A DNA stretch of 61,512 nt from Spirochaetaceae bacterium (GTDB lineage: Bacteria > Spirochaetota > Spirochaetia > DSM-27196 > SLST01). The notes under the pieces were generated by a model. That model was not told the DNA's origin and ran no database searches. It saw only the letters and a list, made by a program, of their open reading frames with translations. Positions 44,654 through 54,280 of the stretch are shown piece by piece (position 1 is the first letter of the stretch; every line of letters begins with the position of its first letter). The stretch lies in assembly GCA_007118855.1 (NCBI GenBank), contig SKQU01000134.1:1-61512 (forward strand), read 5' to 3'. A program made the position numbers and the translations under genes.

Positions 44654-46491
44654 ACCGACGTATCATCTTCAGGGCTCTCGCCGGACTCGTTCTGCTTCCG
44701 GCACTGATGGTGCCGCCGGCAATCGCCGTGGAGAGCTTCGAGGGGCGCGCGACCATCGGCCTCCCGGGACGGTTTCCACCCGGCCTCTACGGCGCGACCA
44801 ATCTCGTTCCGCCCAACACGCTCGTGACGGTCCGGAATCTCGATTCGGGTGCGACCGAGCGTATCATCATCACCGACGGCGTGGGTGAAGGCGGGGTGTT
44901 TCTCGTCGTGTCGCCTGAAGCGGCCGACTCGCTCAGCTTCGCGGCGTCCGGTGTTGCGCGGGTACGGCTTGCCGAGGTCAGGCGCACGGGGATCGCCGCC
45001 CAGGATCCGGCGGCCGAGCGCCCGAGGTCGCCCGACCCGGACCTCAATCCGCTCGCGGGCTCGCGTTCGCTGATCGATACCCTGCCGCCCGCGTTCTTCC
45101 CGGACGATCTGCCGGCCGAACCCCCGGTCGACCCACCAGACGACCAGCCGCCGGCCCTTCCCGACGATCCCGAGCCTCCGCCGGCGGTCGATGAACCGGC
45201 GCCCCGGACAGGCGTTGCCGCGGGGATCGCGCGGACCGGCATAGGGGAGGCGAGGGAGGACCTCGAGCGACCGGACCCCCCGCTCCCGGTATCTCGCCCG
45301 GCGGAGGCCGAGCGCGAGATCGTGCCTGATGCACGTGCGGCCCTTCCCGAGGTCGTCGCCGAGGAGCCGGCGACCGCGAGTCTCGAGATGACCCGGCGGC
45401 CTCCCGCTGTCGCGCCGGACGTTCCTCTCGCCGAGGCGCGACCCGCTGTCGAGGAACCTGCCCGGATCGCCGAGCCGCCGCAGATGCGCGACGGGCCGGT
45501 TGACCTCGCCGTTCGGTCGGTCGTGAACCGGTTGCCGCGCAAGGACTTCTATCCTTCGCCGGCCGTGCCGGACGGCGAAGTCGGGTTGCGCACCGTCTCC
45601 CCGCCGGTCGACGAGGGGCCGATCGTCGAGCTGCCTGCCGCGCGGCCTCCCGCGGTCGAGCGACCGGCGCTCGCCGGGCTCGGGCCGCTTCGCATCGTGG
45701 AGAGCGATTTCCAGGTCGTCCTCGCGGAGGCCGAACCTCCCCGCGAGCAGCGACCCGACGTCGCCGACCTGCCGTCCGCACGCCCGGTCGAGCCGGCGCC
45801 CGTGGATGTCAGGCTCGCAGAGGCGGATCCCGGCGAGGAGGAACGCCCCGAGGATCCATTCGCCGCACGCGCACCGCAGCTCACACCGGTGAGCGCCATA
45901 GCGGCGGAGCCGCGGATCGCCGAAGCAGAACCGGCCGAGGAATCGCTTGACCGAGCCGCGGTGGTTCCGGAAGACGCGTTGCTTGCGCTCGAGCCGGCCG
46001 ACTTCCGACCGCCCCGCGCTTCGATGCCCGACCGCGAGTCGCTTCTCGAGCGCGATGAGGCACCGCCCGTCGAGGAGGCGGAACCCGTCCTCGCGGATCC
46101 CATGCTCGAAGCGCCCCCGGCGGTCGCGGAACGGCCCGAGCCCATGCGTCCGCCCGAGCCCGAGCCGGCACCCGAGCCCGAGCCGGCACCCGAGCCCGCC
46201 GTCGTGATCGAGGAGGAGGCCTCCGCGATCGACGTTGCTGCCGACCGCATTGACCCCGACTCGTACTATCTGCAGATCGGGGCGTATGCGAACATGCGGA
46301 CCGCGCGGGTGGCGGTCGACGCACTCGGCGTCACCTATCCCATGGCGGTCGTTCCGGTCGACCGTGAGGAGCGGCGCCTGTACCGCGTGCTCATCGGGCC
46401 GCTCGAGCGAGACGAAACCGGGACGCTTCTGCTGTGGCTTCGGGCGCGCGGGTACCGCGATACCTTCATCCGCACCGGCGGCGAGCTATAG
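44647..46491 (+). CDS. RlpA-like (DPBB) / SPOR-domain protein with long Pro/Glu/Ala-rich linker
   Basis: Signal peptide, a degenerate RlpA-type barrel (LVPPNTLVTVRNLDSGATERIIITD), about 400 aa of low-complexity P/E/A sequence, and a C-terminal SPOR-like domain (YYLQIGAYANMRTARVAVDAL...YRVLIGP). Confidence 0.65.
   Translation: MVDRRIIFRALAGLVLLPALMVPPAIAVESFEGRATIGLPGRFPPGLYGATNLVPPNTLVTVRNLDSGATERIIITDGVGEGGVFLVVSPEAADSLSFAASGVARVRLAEVRRTGIAAQDPAAERPRSPDPDLNPLAGSRSLIDTLPPAFFPDDLPAEPPVDPPDDQPPALPDDPEPPPAVDEPAPRTGVAAGIARTGIGEAREDLERPDPPLPVSRPAEAEREIVPDARAALPEVVAEEPATASLEMTRRPPAVAPDVPLAEARPAVEEPARIAEPPQMRDGPVDLAVRSVVNRLPRKDFYPSPAVPDGEVGLRTVSPPVDEGPIVELPAARPPAVERPALAGLGPLRIVESDFQVVLAEAEPPREQRPDVADLPSARPVEPAPVDVRLAEADPGEEERPEDPFAARAPQLTPVSAIAAEPRIAEAEPAEESLDRAAVVPEDALLALEPADFRPPRASMPDRESLLERDEAPPVEEAEPVLADPMLEAPPAVAERPEPMRPPEPEPAPEPEPAPEPAVVIEEEASAIDVAADRIDPDSYYLQIGAYANMRTARVAVDALGVTYPMAVVPVDREERRLYRVLIGPLERDETGTLLLWLRARGYRDTFIRTGGEL
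46153..46197 (+). repeat. 18-bp in-frame tandem repeat CCCGAGCCCGAGCCGGCA x2.5 (encodes PEPEPA)
   Basis: 46153-46170 and 46171-46188 are identical, and 46189-46197 is a partial third copy. It lies inside the linker of the RlpA/SPOR gene. Confidence 0.85.
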
Positions 46492-46511
46492 GCTGCGCCG
46501 CCCGGTGCGGT

Positions 46512-46937
46512 TCATCCGGTCCGGGCATCGCCCACGAGGCACATCCACTCGGCCTCGGCTGCAAGCTCGTCGCCGACGAACGCCTTTCCGCTCTGCTTGA
46601 TCATCCGTCTCGATATCTTGACGTTTTCGATCTCGAGGCGCACCTCATCGTTCGGACGAACCTGCCTGCGGAACTTCGCGCGGTCCACCGTCGCGAGGAA
46701 GAAGAGCTTCTCCCCGAGCACGCCGAGTTTCCGCACGCCGGCGCCGCCGCACTGGGCCATCGTCTCAACGAGGATCACCCCGGGCACCACCGGATAGTCG
46801 GGGAAATGGCCGGCGAAGAAGTACTCCGACTCCCGAAACACGCGATAGCCGACTATGCGCTCGTCACTGACCGTCTCCAGACGGTCGACGTACAGGAAAG
46901 GATCGCGGTGAGGCAGCAGCCCTTCAATCTCGCTCAT
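46512..46937 (-). CDS. fabZ: 3-hydroxyacyl-ACP dehydratase FabZ
   Basis: LPHRDPFLYVDR and FFAGHFPDYPVVPGVILVETMAQ motifs. ATG 46937 is preceded by GGAGG. Confidence 0.9.
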   Translation of the reverse strand: MSEIEGLLPHRDPFLYVDRLETVSDERIVGYRVFRESEYFFAGHFPDYPVVPGVILVETMAQCGGAGVRKLGVLGEKLFFLATVDRAKFRRQVRPNDEVRLEIENVKISRRMIKQSGKAFVGDELAAEAEWMCLVGDARTG

Positions 46938-47050
46938 ATGTCCTCCAGTCGGTTTCCGGTTGCCCCGGCATGATAGCGGGCCCGCGGGGCTTGCACAAGG
47001 CCGGCCGCGCCTTCCGGCTGCCGGCACCGGGGCTGCCGTCGAGGCGGTGG

Positions 47051-47079
47051 TCGACGGCCGCCACACTCTTTACTATACT
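47051..47079 (+). promoter_or_regulatory. sigma-70-type promoter candidate for the carboxylase gene (TCGACG-17-TATACT)
   Basis: -10 TATACT at 47074-47079 and a weak -35 TCGACG at 47051-47056. GAGGA RBS at 47088-47092. Confidence 0.35.
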
Positions 47080-47096
47080 GCTCCACTGAGGAAATC

Positions 47097-50000
47097 ATGC
47101 CTGAAAGAGATCCCAGACCCGTTCTCCACGATTCGAGCCGGATCGGTATCGTCAACAGGGGCGAGCCGGCCGTACGGTTCCTCCGCGCGGTTCAGGAGTA
47201 CAACGAGACAAACGGTACGTCGCTGTCGACGGTGGCGTTCTTCCTCGATGAGGAGGCCGACGCGCTGTTCGTGCGTGAAGCCGACGCGGCGCTCGCCTTC
47301 TCCGCGGTCCCGGATGCGACCCAGGCCGGCAACGTCTACCTTCAGCGCGGCGTGCTGCTCGAAGGACTGCGCCTCGCCGGATGCGACGCCGTCTGGGCCG
47401 GCTGGGGGTTCGTGAGCGAGGACGCCGAGTTCGCGCGGATGGTCGCGGAGGCCGGACTCGTCTTCCTCGGCCCCGATCACGAAGCGATGCGGCTGCTCGG
47501 CGACAAGATCGCCGCGAAGGACCTTGCCGAGCGCTCCGGTGTGCCGATCCTTCCCTGGAGCAAACGGGAGATCGCCGACCTCTCCGATGCCGAGGCGATC
47601 GCCGAGCAGATCGGCTACCCGGTTATCGTGAAGGCGGCGCACGCCGGCGGCGGACGCGGCATCAGGTTCGTGATGACCCCGCAGGAGCTTGCCTCCCAGC
47701 TCGAATCGGCCCGGGAGGAGACGCTTCGCATAACCGGTGACCAGATCGTGTTCATCGAGCGACTCGTGCGGATCGGACGTCACCTCGAGGTCCAGTGCAT
47801 CTGTGACCGCCACGGCTCGGTGTACACCTTCGGCGTCAGGGACTGCTCGGTGCAGCGTCGGAACCAGAAGATCATCGAGGAGACGCCGCCGCCCGGCATG
47901 GACGCCGGCCAGATCGCGCAGATCGAGGCAGCCGCGGCGCGGCTGATGGAGGCCGCCGGCTACGAGAGCGCGGGAACCGTCGAGTTCCTCTACGACACCG
48001 AGCGGGGGGAGTTCTCCTTCATGGAGGTGAATACCCGGCTGCAGGTCGAGCACCCGATCACGGAGATCCTCTACGGCGTCGATCTCGTGCAGGGACAGAT
48101 CGACGTCGCCTTCGGGCACAAGCTCTCTTTCCCTGAGTCCGGGCCGCGAGGCGTCGTGCTCGAGGCCCGCCTCAATGCCGAGGATCCCGATCGCGATTTC
48201 ACGCCTTCTCCCGGCTTCGTGCGGTACTTCCGCGCGCCGGCCGGTCCCGGCGTGCGGGTGGATTCGGGAATCGCCCAGGGATCGACGATCCCGTCGCTGT
48301 TCGACTCGATGGTGGCGAAGATCATCGCGCAGGGCAGCGATCGCGCTCAGGCGATCGGGCGGCTGCGGCGAGCGCTTCGTGAAACGCGCGTCGCGATCGA
48401 CGGCGGTACCACGAACAAGGCCTTTCTGCTCTCGCTGCTCTCGCAGCCGGAAGTCCTCGCCGGCGGCGTGCACACGAAGTACGTTGAAGAGCTTCTCGCG
48501 CGTTCCGCCCGTCTGCACGGAGAGGCTGATGCAGCGCTCGTGGCCGCCGCGATCGAGTCGTACGACCGGCAGGAGCGCGAGGCGCTCTCGCTGTTTCGGA
48601 GGCAGATCGCGAACTTCGGCTATCCGCGCAGCGTCCCCGATCCGGACGGTAGGGAGGCGAGCTTCGGGTACCAGGGCAACGAGTACCGGTTCGTCGTGCG
48701 GCGGCTGACCACCTTTGATTACCGGATCGACATCGACGCAACGACGGTCGAGGCGCGGTATCATCGTTCGAGCGGCGAATCGCGGCTCGCCTATGCCGGG
48801 CGAGCGTACTCGGTTCAGACGATAGAACGCGGCGACGCGCTCCAGGTGGAAGTCGACGGCGTTCCGTGTGTGCTCGAACAGGAGTCCGGCGGCGCGGTGA
48901 AGGCACCGTCGCCGGCGGTCGTCCTCGGCATCGCGGTGCAGCCGGGGGACACGGTGGAGAAGGGTGCCCGGCTCCTCAGCCTCGAGGCGATGAAGATGGA
49001 GATGATCATCGAGTCTCCGGCTTCCGGCATCGTCAAGGAAGTCCATGCCGCGGCGGGCCAGCAGGTGCCGGCCGGAGAAGTGCTCATCACCCTCGAGACG
49101 ACCAGAGATGAGTCGCTGCCGAGCGGGCCGACGGCTGACCGGGTCGTGTTTCGCGCCGCCGGCAAAGACGCAGAGCCCGGCGGGCCTTCCGCCGAATGGG
49201 ATCGCGTCTGTGCGAGCCTTTCGGCTCTCTTTCACGGATTCGACCCTGCACCTCGCGCCGTGGACGAGTACGACCGGCTCGTGCAGCTTGCCGAGCATCG
49301 TGACGAGGACCGTGAGCGACTCGCCTCCTTCATCTGCGAGATGCTCGAGACCACCGTGACGATCGACTCGCTGTTCAGCGGCGAGCGCATCGTCGCCGAA
49401 CAGTTCGCGCGACCGGTGTCGTGGCAGGAGCTCATCTACATCAGCTTCCGCTATGCGATGCACGGAAGCGATTCGCTGCCGCAGGTGTTCACCGAACGGC
49501 TCGACCGCGCTCTCGCGCTCTATCCGAATGAGACCGGGACCGAGTGTGCCTGGGTCGTTTTCTATCGGATGCAGCGTACGCAGCGCGAGCGGGACCGGCG
49601 GCTCGAGCTGCTGCGGTCGATGATCTTCACCCTCGAGGGACTCCCCCTTCCCGCCCACCGCAGCGAAGGACTGCTTCGCCTGCTCGACGAGGTCGTGAGG
49701 CTGAACCAGATTGGTTCGCCTGCGCTTGCCGACGCGGCGCTCCACGCGCGTTACCATCTCTACGAGCGGAACTCGGTGAACCTCGGGCGGCAGCGACGGC
49801 GTGAGCGCGTCCAGCGGCAGGTGCGCCGGCTGATCGAGGCTGAACCCGACTCCGACGAGCACCACCGGATCGCGCAGCGCATCGTCGACTCGAGCCCCTA
49901 CATCGTGCACGAGCTTCTCGCCGCATACCGGACGGCTCCCGCAATCTCTCGCCGGTTCATCCTCGCCCTGATCGCGCGGCACTTCGCGCGCGACCGCGAG

Positions 50001-52586
50001 CTCGAGGAATCGCGGGCGGTACCGGGCTCGGATGCAGCCATCGTTCGCGCCTCCGGGGTGGAGACCGTCGTGCTCCTCGCCGGACGAGGCGCGGGATCGG
50101 TCGCGGGCGCTGAGGCGATCCGCGCTGCGGTCGATTCCTCAGGCGCCGCGAACCCGGAAGTGATCGTCCTCCATGACGCCGCGGAGCGCGATGACGAGGA
50201 GACGATCTTCGCGCATGCCGTCTCGACACCGCTTCCGGTGACCTGGCTCTCGGTGGGTATCTACCGGGAAGGGCAGGGCTACGAGTACCGGACCTATCAC
50301 GATCGCGACGGCTGGACGGAGGACGAGTCGAAGCGCTCCTTCAGCCCGCTCTTCTACCGCGAGCTGCGGGTCTACCGGTTCGCGCATTTCACCGTTCGCG
50401 TGCTCTACCACTCCGACTCGGTCTACCTCGTGTCGGCCACGGCGAGGGACAATCCGCGCGACGAGCGGCTCTTCGCGCTCGCGACCGCAAGCGAGTCGCA
50501 GCCCGAGCTCGGCCGGCGCGGGGCGATCGAGCGCGTGACCGAGTTCGACGAGGTGTTCATGGAGGCGGTGCTCAAGATGCGAAGCGAGCAGGCGCATCGC
50601 GGGCGCAGGCTCTTCTGGAACCGGATCATCGTGCACGTGCGGGCACTCATTCCGCTGTCCGCCGCGCAGATCAAGGAGTACGGCAACCGGATCGTGCCGC
50701 GCACCCGCGACCTGGGGCTCGAGAAGACGGTCATCTACACGCGCCGCAAGCGGTGGAGCGAGGATGTCGTACGCGAGCTCGAGCTGCTGTTCCTGAACAT
50801 ATCCGAAGACCAGTTCACCCTCCGCAGCCGAAAGCCCTCGGACGAGCCGTACAAGCCGATGGACCGCTACGTATCGAACGTAGTGCGAAGCAGGCAGCGC
50901 AAGAACGTCTATCCCTACGAAGTGATCAAAATGATCACCTACACGGGGTACCCGGTGAGCCTCAATGTGCCGCGCGGCGACTTCGAGGAGTACGATCTCG
51001 AAGTCGATGCGGCCGGCTCGTCGCGGCCCGTCAGCGTCAAGGGCCGCGAGTACGGGCGCAACGCCTCGAACATCGTTTTCGGTATCGTGCGGAACCAGGA
51101 CCCTGAGTCCGGTGGGTCGTACCGACGCGTGCTCGTGCTCTCCGACGCGACCGGCGATATGGGCTCACTGGCCGAGCCTGAGTGCCGACGCGTGATCGCC
51201 GCGCTCGATCTCGCCGAAGAGCAACGCCTGCCGCTCGAATGGATTCCCGTCTCCTCGGGGGCCCGCATCGATATGGAAAGCGGCACGGAGAACCTCGACT
51301 GGACCGCGGCGGTGCTGCGGCGCATCGTGGAGTTCACGCAGGCAGGTGGCGAGATCAACATCATCGTCGGCGGCATCAACGTTGGGGCACAAAGCTACTG
51401 GAACGCCGAGTCGACGATGCTCATGCACACGCGCGGGCTTCTGATCATGACCGACGAGGCGAGCATGCTCCTGACCGGCAAGAAGGCGCTCGACTTCTCC
51501 GGCAGCGTCTCCGCCGACTCGAATGTGGGCATCGGTGGCGTGGAACGCATCATGGGACCCAACGGTCAGGCCCAGATCTGGACGCCGACGGTCGCCGAGG
51601 CGTACCGGCTGCTCTTCCAGCACTACCGCTACACGTACGTGGCGCCCGGCGAGCGGCGCCCGGCGCGCTACGCGACACTCGACCGCGACGACCGCGACGT
51701 GGGGGCCGCCGCCTACGACGACAAGCTCGGCCAGGGGTTCGCGACGGTCGGCGATATCTTCAGTTCAGAGCTCAATCCTGAGCGCAAGAAACCGTTCGAC
51801 ATGCGCCAGCTCATGCGCGCGGTGATCGACGAGGACGGCGGGTACCTCGAGCGGTGGGCGATCATGAAGGACGCCGAGACGGCCGTCACCTGGGAGACCC
51901 GCATAGGCGGGTACGGGGTAGGGCTGATCGGGATCGAAAGCCGTCCGCTTGCGCGTCTTGGGGACGTCCCGCACGACGGGCCTGAGAGCTGGAGCGGTGG
52001 GACGCTCTTCCCGCTGAGCTCCAAGAAGGTCGCGAGGGCGATCAACGCGTGGAGCGACCGGGTGCCGGTCGTCGTGCTCGCGAACCTCTCCGGGTTCGAC
52101 GGCTCGCCGGAGAGCCTGCGCAGGCTGCAGCTCGAGTACGGCGCCGAGATCGGGCGCGCGGTGGTGAACTTCCGCGGACCGATCGTCTTCGTCGTGGTTG
52201 CCCGGTACCACGGTGGTGCCTACGTCGTCTTCTCGAAGACGCTCAATCCATCGCTGTGCGCGTACGCGATCAAGGGATCATTCGCTTCGGTGCTCGGCGG
52301 TGCTCCGGCCGCCGCCGTGGTCTTCCCGCGACTCGTCGACCGCGAAGCGCAGAGCGACCCGCGCTGTCTCGAGGCGGCGAAGCGGGTCAGTTTGGAGGAC
52401 GGGTTCACGCAGCGGGAGCTGGACGAAGTCTACCGTTCGGTCCACGCGGAGAAGCAGAACGAGCTTGCGCAGAAGTTCGACTCGATCCACGACGTCGAAC
52501 GGGCGAAACGCGTCGGCTCCATCGACCGGATCATCTCAGTGTCGGAGCTCAGGCCGCGCATCATCGAGCGGATCAGCGGTGAATAG
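47097..52586 (+). CDS. single-chain multidomain acyl/acetyl-CoA carboxylase (BC-BCCP-central-CT, 1829 aa)
   Basis: N-terminal biotin carboxylase/ATP-grasp (IGIVNRGEPAVRFLRA, GYPVIVKAAHAGGGRGI, MEVNTRLQVEHPITE). Biotinyl domain with EAMKME (Lys codon 48993-48995). About 500-aa central region. C-terminal carboxyltransferase (PVSSGARID, GINVGAQSYW, FSGSVSADSNVGIGG). Confidence 0.9.
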   Translation: MPERDPRPVLHDSSRIGIVNRGEPAVRFLRAVQEYNETNGTSLSTVAFFLDEEADALFVREADAALAFSAVPDATQAGNVYLQRGVLLEGLRLAGCDAVWAGWGFVSEDAEFARMVAEAGLVFLGPDHEAMRLLGDKIAAKDLAERSGVPILPWSKREIADLSDAEAIAEQIGYPVIVKAAHAGGGRGIRFVMTPQELASQLESAREETLRITGDQIVFIERLVRIGRHLEVQCICDRHGSVYTFGVRDCSVQRRNQKIIEETPPPGMDAGQIAQIEAAAARLMEAAGYESAGTVEFLYDTERGEFSFMEVNTRLQVEHPITEILYGVDLVQGQIDVAFGHKLSFPESGPRGVVLEARLNAEDPDRDFTPSPGFVRYFRAPAGPGVRVDSGIAQGSTIPSLFDSMVAKIIAQGSDRAQAIGRLRRALRETRVAIDGGTTNKAFLLSLLSQPEVLAGGVHTKYVEELLARSARLHGEADAALVAAAIESYDRQEREALSLFRRQIANFGYPRSVPDPDGREASFGYQGNEYRFVVRRLTTFDYRIDIDATTVEARYHRSSGESRLAYAGRAYSVQTIERGDALQVEVDGVPCVLEQESGGAVKAPSPAVVLGIAVQPGDTVEKGARLLSLEAMKMEMIIESPASGIVKEVHAAAGQQVPAGEVLITLETTRDESLPSGPTADRVVFRAAGKDAEPGGPSAEWDRVCASLSALFHGFDPAPRAVDEYDRLVQLAEHRDEDRERLASFICEMLETTVTIDSLFSGERIVAEQFARPVSWQELIYISFRYAMHGSDSLPQVFTERLDRALALYPNETGTECAWVVFYRMQRTQRERDRRLELLRSMIFTLEGLPLPAHRSEGLLRLLDEVVRLNQIGSPALADAALHARYHLYERNSVNLGRQRRRERVQRQVRRLIEAEPDSDEHHRIAQRIVDSSPYIVHELLAAYRTAPAISRRFILALIARHFARDRELEESRAVPGSDAAIVRASGVETVVLLAGRGAGSVAGAEAIRAAVDSSGAANPEVIVLHDAAERDDEETIFAHAVSTPLPVTWLSVGIYREGQGYEYRTYHDRDGWTEDESKRSFSPLFYRELRVYRFAHFTVRVLYHSDSVYLVSATARDNPRDERLFALATASESQPELGRRGAIERVTEFDEVFMEAVLKMRSEQAHRGRRLFWNRIIVHVRALIPLSAAQIKEYGNRIVPRTRDLGLEKTVIYTRRKRWSEDVVRELELLFLNISEDQFTLRSRKPSDEPYKPMDRYVSNVVRSRQRKNVYPYEVIKMITYTGYPVSLNVPRGDFEEYDLEVDAAGSSRPVSVKGREYGRNASNIVFGIVRNQDPESGGSYRRVLVLSDATGDMGSLAEPECRRVIAALDLAEEQRLPLEWIPVSSGARIDMESGTENLDWTAAVLRRIVEFTQAGGEINIIVGGINVGAQSYWNAESTMLMHTRGLLIMTDEASMLLTGKKALDFSGSVSADSNVGIGGVERIMGPNGQAQIWTPTVAEAYRLLFQHYRYTYVAPGERRPARYATLDRDDRDVGAAAYDDKLGQGFATVGDIFSSELNPERKKPFDMRQLMRAVIDEDGGYLERWAIMKDAETAVTWETRIGGYGVGLIGIESRPLARLGDVPHDGPESWSGGTLFPLSSKKVARAINAWSDRVPVVVLANLSGFDGSPESLRRLQLEYGAEIGRAVVNFRGPIVFVVVARYHGGAYVVFSKTLNPSLCAYAIKGSFASVLGGAPAAAVVFPRLVDREAQSDPRCLEAAKRVSLEDGFTQRELDEVYRSVHAEKQNELAQKFDSIHDVERAKRVGSIDRIISVSELRPRIIERISGE

Positions 52587-52613
52587 GCCGGGCCGCCCAC
52601 CGGCGTGGAGGGC

Positions 52614-53558
52614 TTACAGCCCGGTATACTGGAACCAGCCGGCGATCCAGCTCGCGATGCTTACCTCGCCGGCGATGTTGAGGGTCGCCACGGTAAGCGC
52701 CGTGGCGGCGAAGAGTGAGACGAGAACGATCGGTAGCGCTCGCCGTCGTCGCGCCAGCACGATCAGCAGCGGGGCGAGTCCGAGGAGCGCGAGTCCTGCG
52801 CCGAACGACCAGGCGCTTGCGGCCGGGTTCGCCGCATCCCAGGCGCGCAGACGCGCCCCCCACGCGAGTAACCGCGCCGCGAGTTGCTGCAGCCTTCCGG
52901 CGGCGATCAGCACACCGATCGCCACGAGCAGGATGCCGCTCGCCACCCGGATCGCGGGCAGGTAGGGACGAAGCCGCTTGAGCGCGGCCGTCATCCGTCC
53001 GAGAAAGGCGCCGGCGACCAGAAAGGGCAGTCCGAGTCCGAGCGAAAAGGTGGAGAGATAGACAATCCCGGTTGCGACGCTGCCGCTCGTGCCGGCGAGA
53101 ATAAGCACGCTCGCGAGGATTGGTCCTATGCAGGGGGTCCAACCGGCGCCGAAGGCCATGCCGATCAGGATCGAGCCGGCGTGTCCGGCCGGACGTTTGC
53201 TCAGATGGAGTCGTCTCTCAACGCTCAGGAACTTGAAGAAGTCGAAGACGATGTTGAGCCCGAGCAGGATCACCACCGAGCCGGCGACCAGGTTGACGAT
53301 CGCCCCCGTCGCGCGGAAGAGCGCCGCCGACCCTGAGAACACCACTCCGAGCGCGACGAACACGAGCGTGAACCCGAGCACGAACAGTGCGGTGCGCAGG
53401 ACCACGATGCGTCTCCCTGCGCCATGCTCGTCCGTCTCATTCGCGGCAAAGCCGCCGACGAAGGAGAGATACGACGGGACGAGAGGGACGATACAGGGAG
53501 ACAGGAACGAGAGGAGACCTGCGGCAAAGGTCAGAGCGAGACTCGGGGCGGGAGTCAT
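52614..53558 (-). CDS. ccdA: cytochrome c biogenesis / thiol-disulfide transporter CcdA (DsbD family) with extra C-terminal helices
   Basis: FAAGLLSFLSPCIVPLVPSYL and GWTPCIGPILA Cys motifs. ATG 53558 overlaps the upstream stop. Confidence 0.85.
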   Translation of the reverse strand: MTPAPSLALTFAAGLLSFLSPCIVPLVPSYLSFVGGFAANETDEHGAGRRIVVLRTALFVLGFTLVFVALGVVFSGSAALFRATGAIVNLVAGSVVILLGLNIVFDFFKFLSVERRLHLSKRPAGHAGSILIGMAFGAGWTPCIGPILASVLILAGTSGSVATGIVYLSTFSLGLGLPFLVAGAFLGRMTAALKRLRPYLPAIRVASGILLVAIGVLIAAGRLQQLAARLLAWGARLRAWDAANPAASAWSFGAGLALLGLAPLLIVLARRRRALPIVLVSLFAATALTVATLNIAGEVSIASWIAGWFQYTGL

Positions 53559-54202
53559 GGCGTCTCGAGCAGCACCCGCATGTCCGCGATGATCTCGTCG
53601 GTTCCCCACTCATGAAAGCCGGGCCGCACCCCGATGACATAGCCTTCGCGATCAATGAGGTAGGTCGTGGGGTAGGCGCGTACACCGTAGCGCATCATGA
53701 CGCGCCCGTCCCGGTCGAGCGGAACCGGGTAGGTGAATCCCATCTCGTCGATGAAGCGCTGTGCCGTCGCCTCGTCCTCGAAGACGTTGACCGCGATCAT
53801 CGCAAGCCCTTCGTCCCGAAGCTCGTCGTAGAGGTGCTGCATCGCCGGCATCTCCTCCCGGCACGGCGGGCACCAGGTGGCCCAGAAGTTCAGGAACACG
53901 ACCTGGCCGTGGTAGTCGCTCAGCGAGAGGCGATCGCCGCCGAGCAGCGGGAGTGTGAAGTCTTCGCTCGGGATCTTCTCCTGGAAGGGCATCATCCCGA
54001 GTCGGGAGAGCACGGCCGCCGTCTCATCGTCCATCGGGATCGCGCCGTCGTTTCGTGCGGCAGTCTCTTCGGCCGTGGGAGCCGGGGCGGATGTGACGCC
54101 CGGATCCCGCGTAGGAGTCGGGCCTGGCTCGGACCGCCCGCCTGCGAGCGCGGGTGTCGTGAGCGCCGCACACAGGAGGAGCGTGGTGATATATCGGTTC
54201 AT
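53555..54202 (-). CDS. TlpA/ResA-family thioredoxin-like lipoprotein
   Basis: Signal/lipobox MNRYITTLLLCAALT and FLNFWATWCPPCREEMP (CxxC). Confidence 0.85.
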   Translation of the reverse strand: MNRYITTLLLCAALTTPALAGGRSEPGPTPTRDPGVTSAPAPTAEETAARNDGAIPMDDETAAVLSRLGMMPFQEKIPSEDFTLPLLGGDRLSLSDYHGQVVFLNFWATWCPPCREEMPAMQHLYDELRDEGLAMIAVNVFEDEATAQRFIDEMGFTYPVPLDRDGRVMMRYGVRAYPTTYLIDREGYVIGVRPGFHEWGTDEIIADMRVLLETP

Positions 54203-54280
54203 CGGGAGCCCTCCCGGGGCAAGCCATAGAGCGGATTGCGCATAGTACGGCTCATATATACTACCGCGAGGCAGTGATCA

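Noticed and set aside
45000-46250. Highly repetitive GC-rich stretch, checked as a possible CRISPR or other non-coding repeat array
   Set aside because: It maintains one open reading frame encoding a Pro/Glu/Ala linker between two folded domains. The repeats are short, in-frame and imperfect, with no spacer-repeat periodicity.
47073-49982. 969-aa ORF on the minus strand, the longest unexplained ORF in the track
   Set aside because: It is entirely antisense to the carboxylase gene, which has clear BC and BCCP motifs. Its translation is Arg/Pro/Gly/His/Leu-rich with no recognisable motif. It looks like a typical stop-free antisense frame of a high-GC3 gene.
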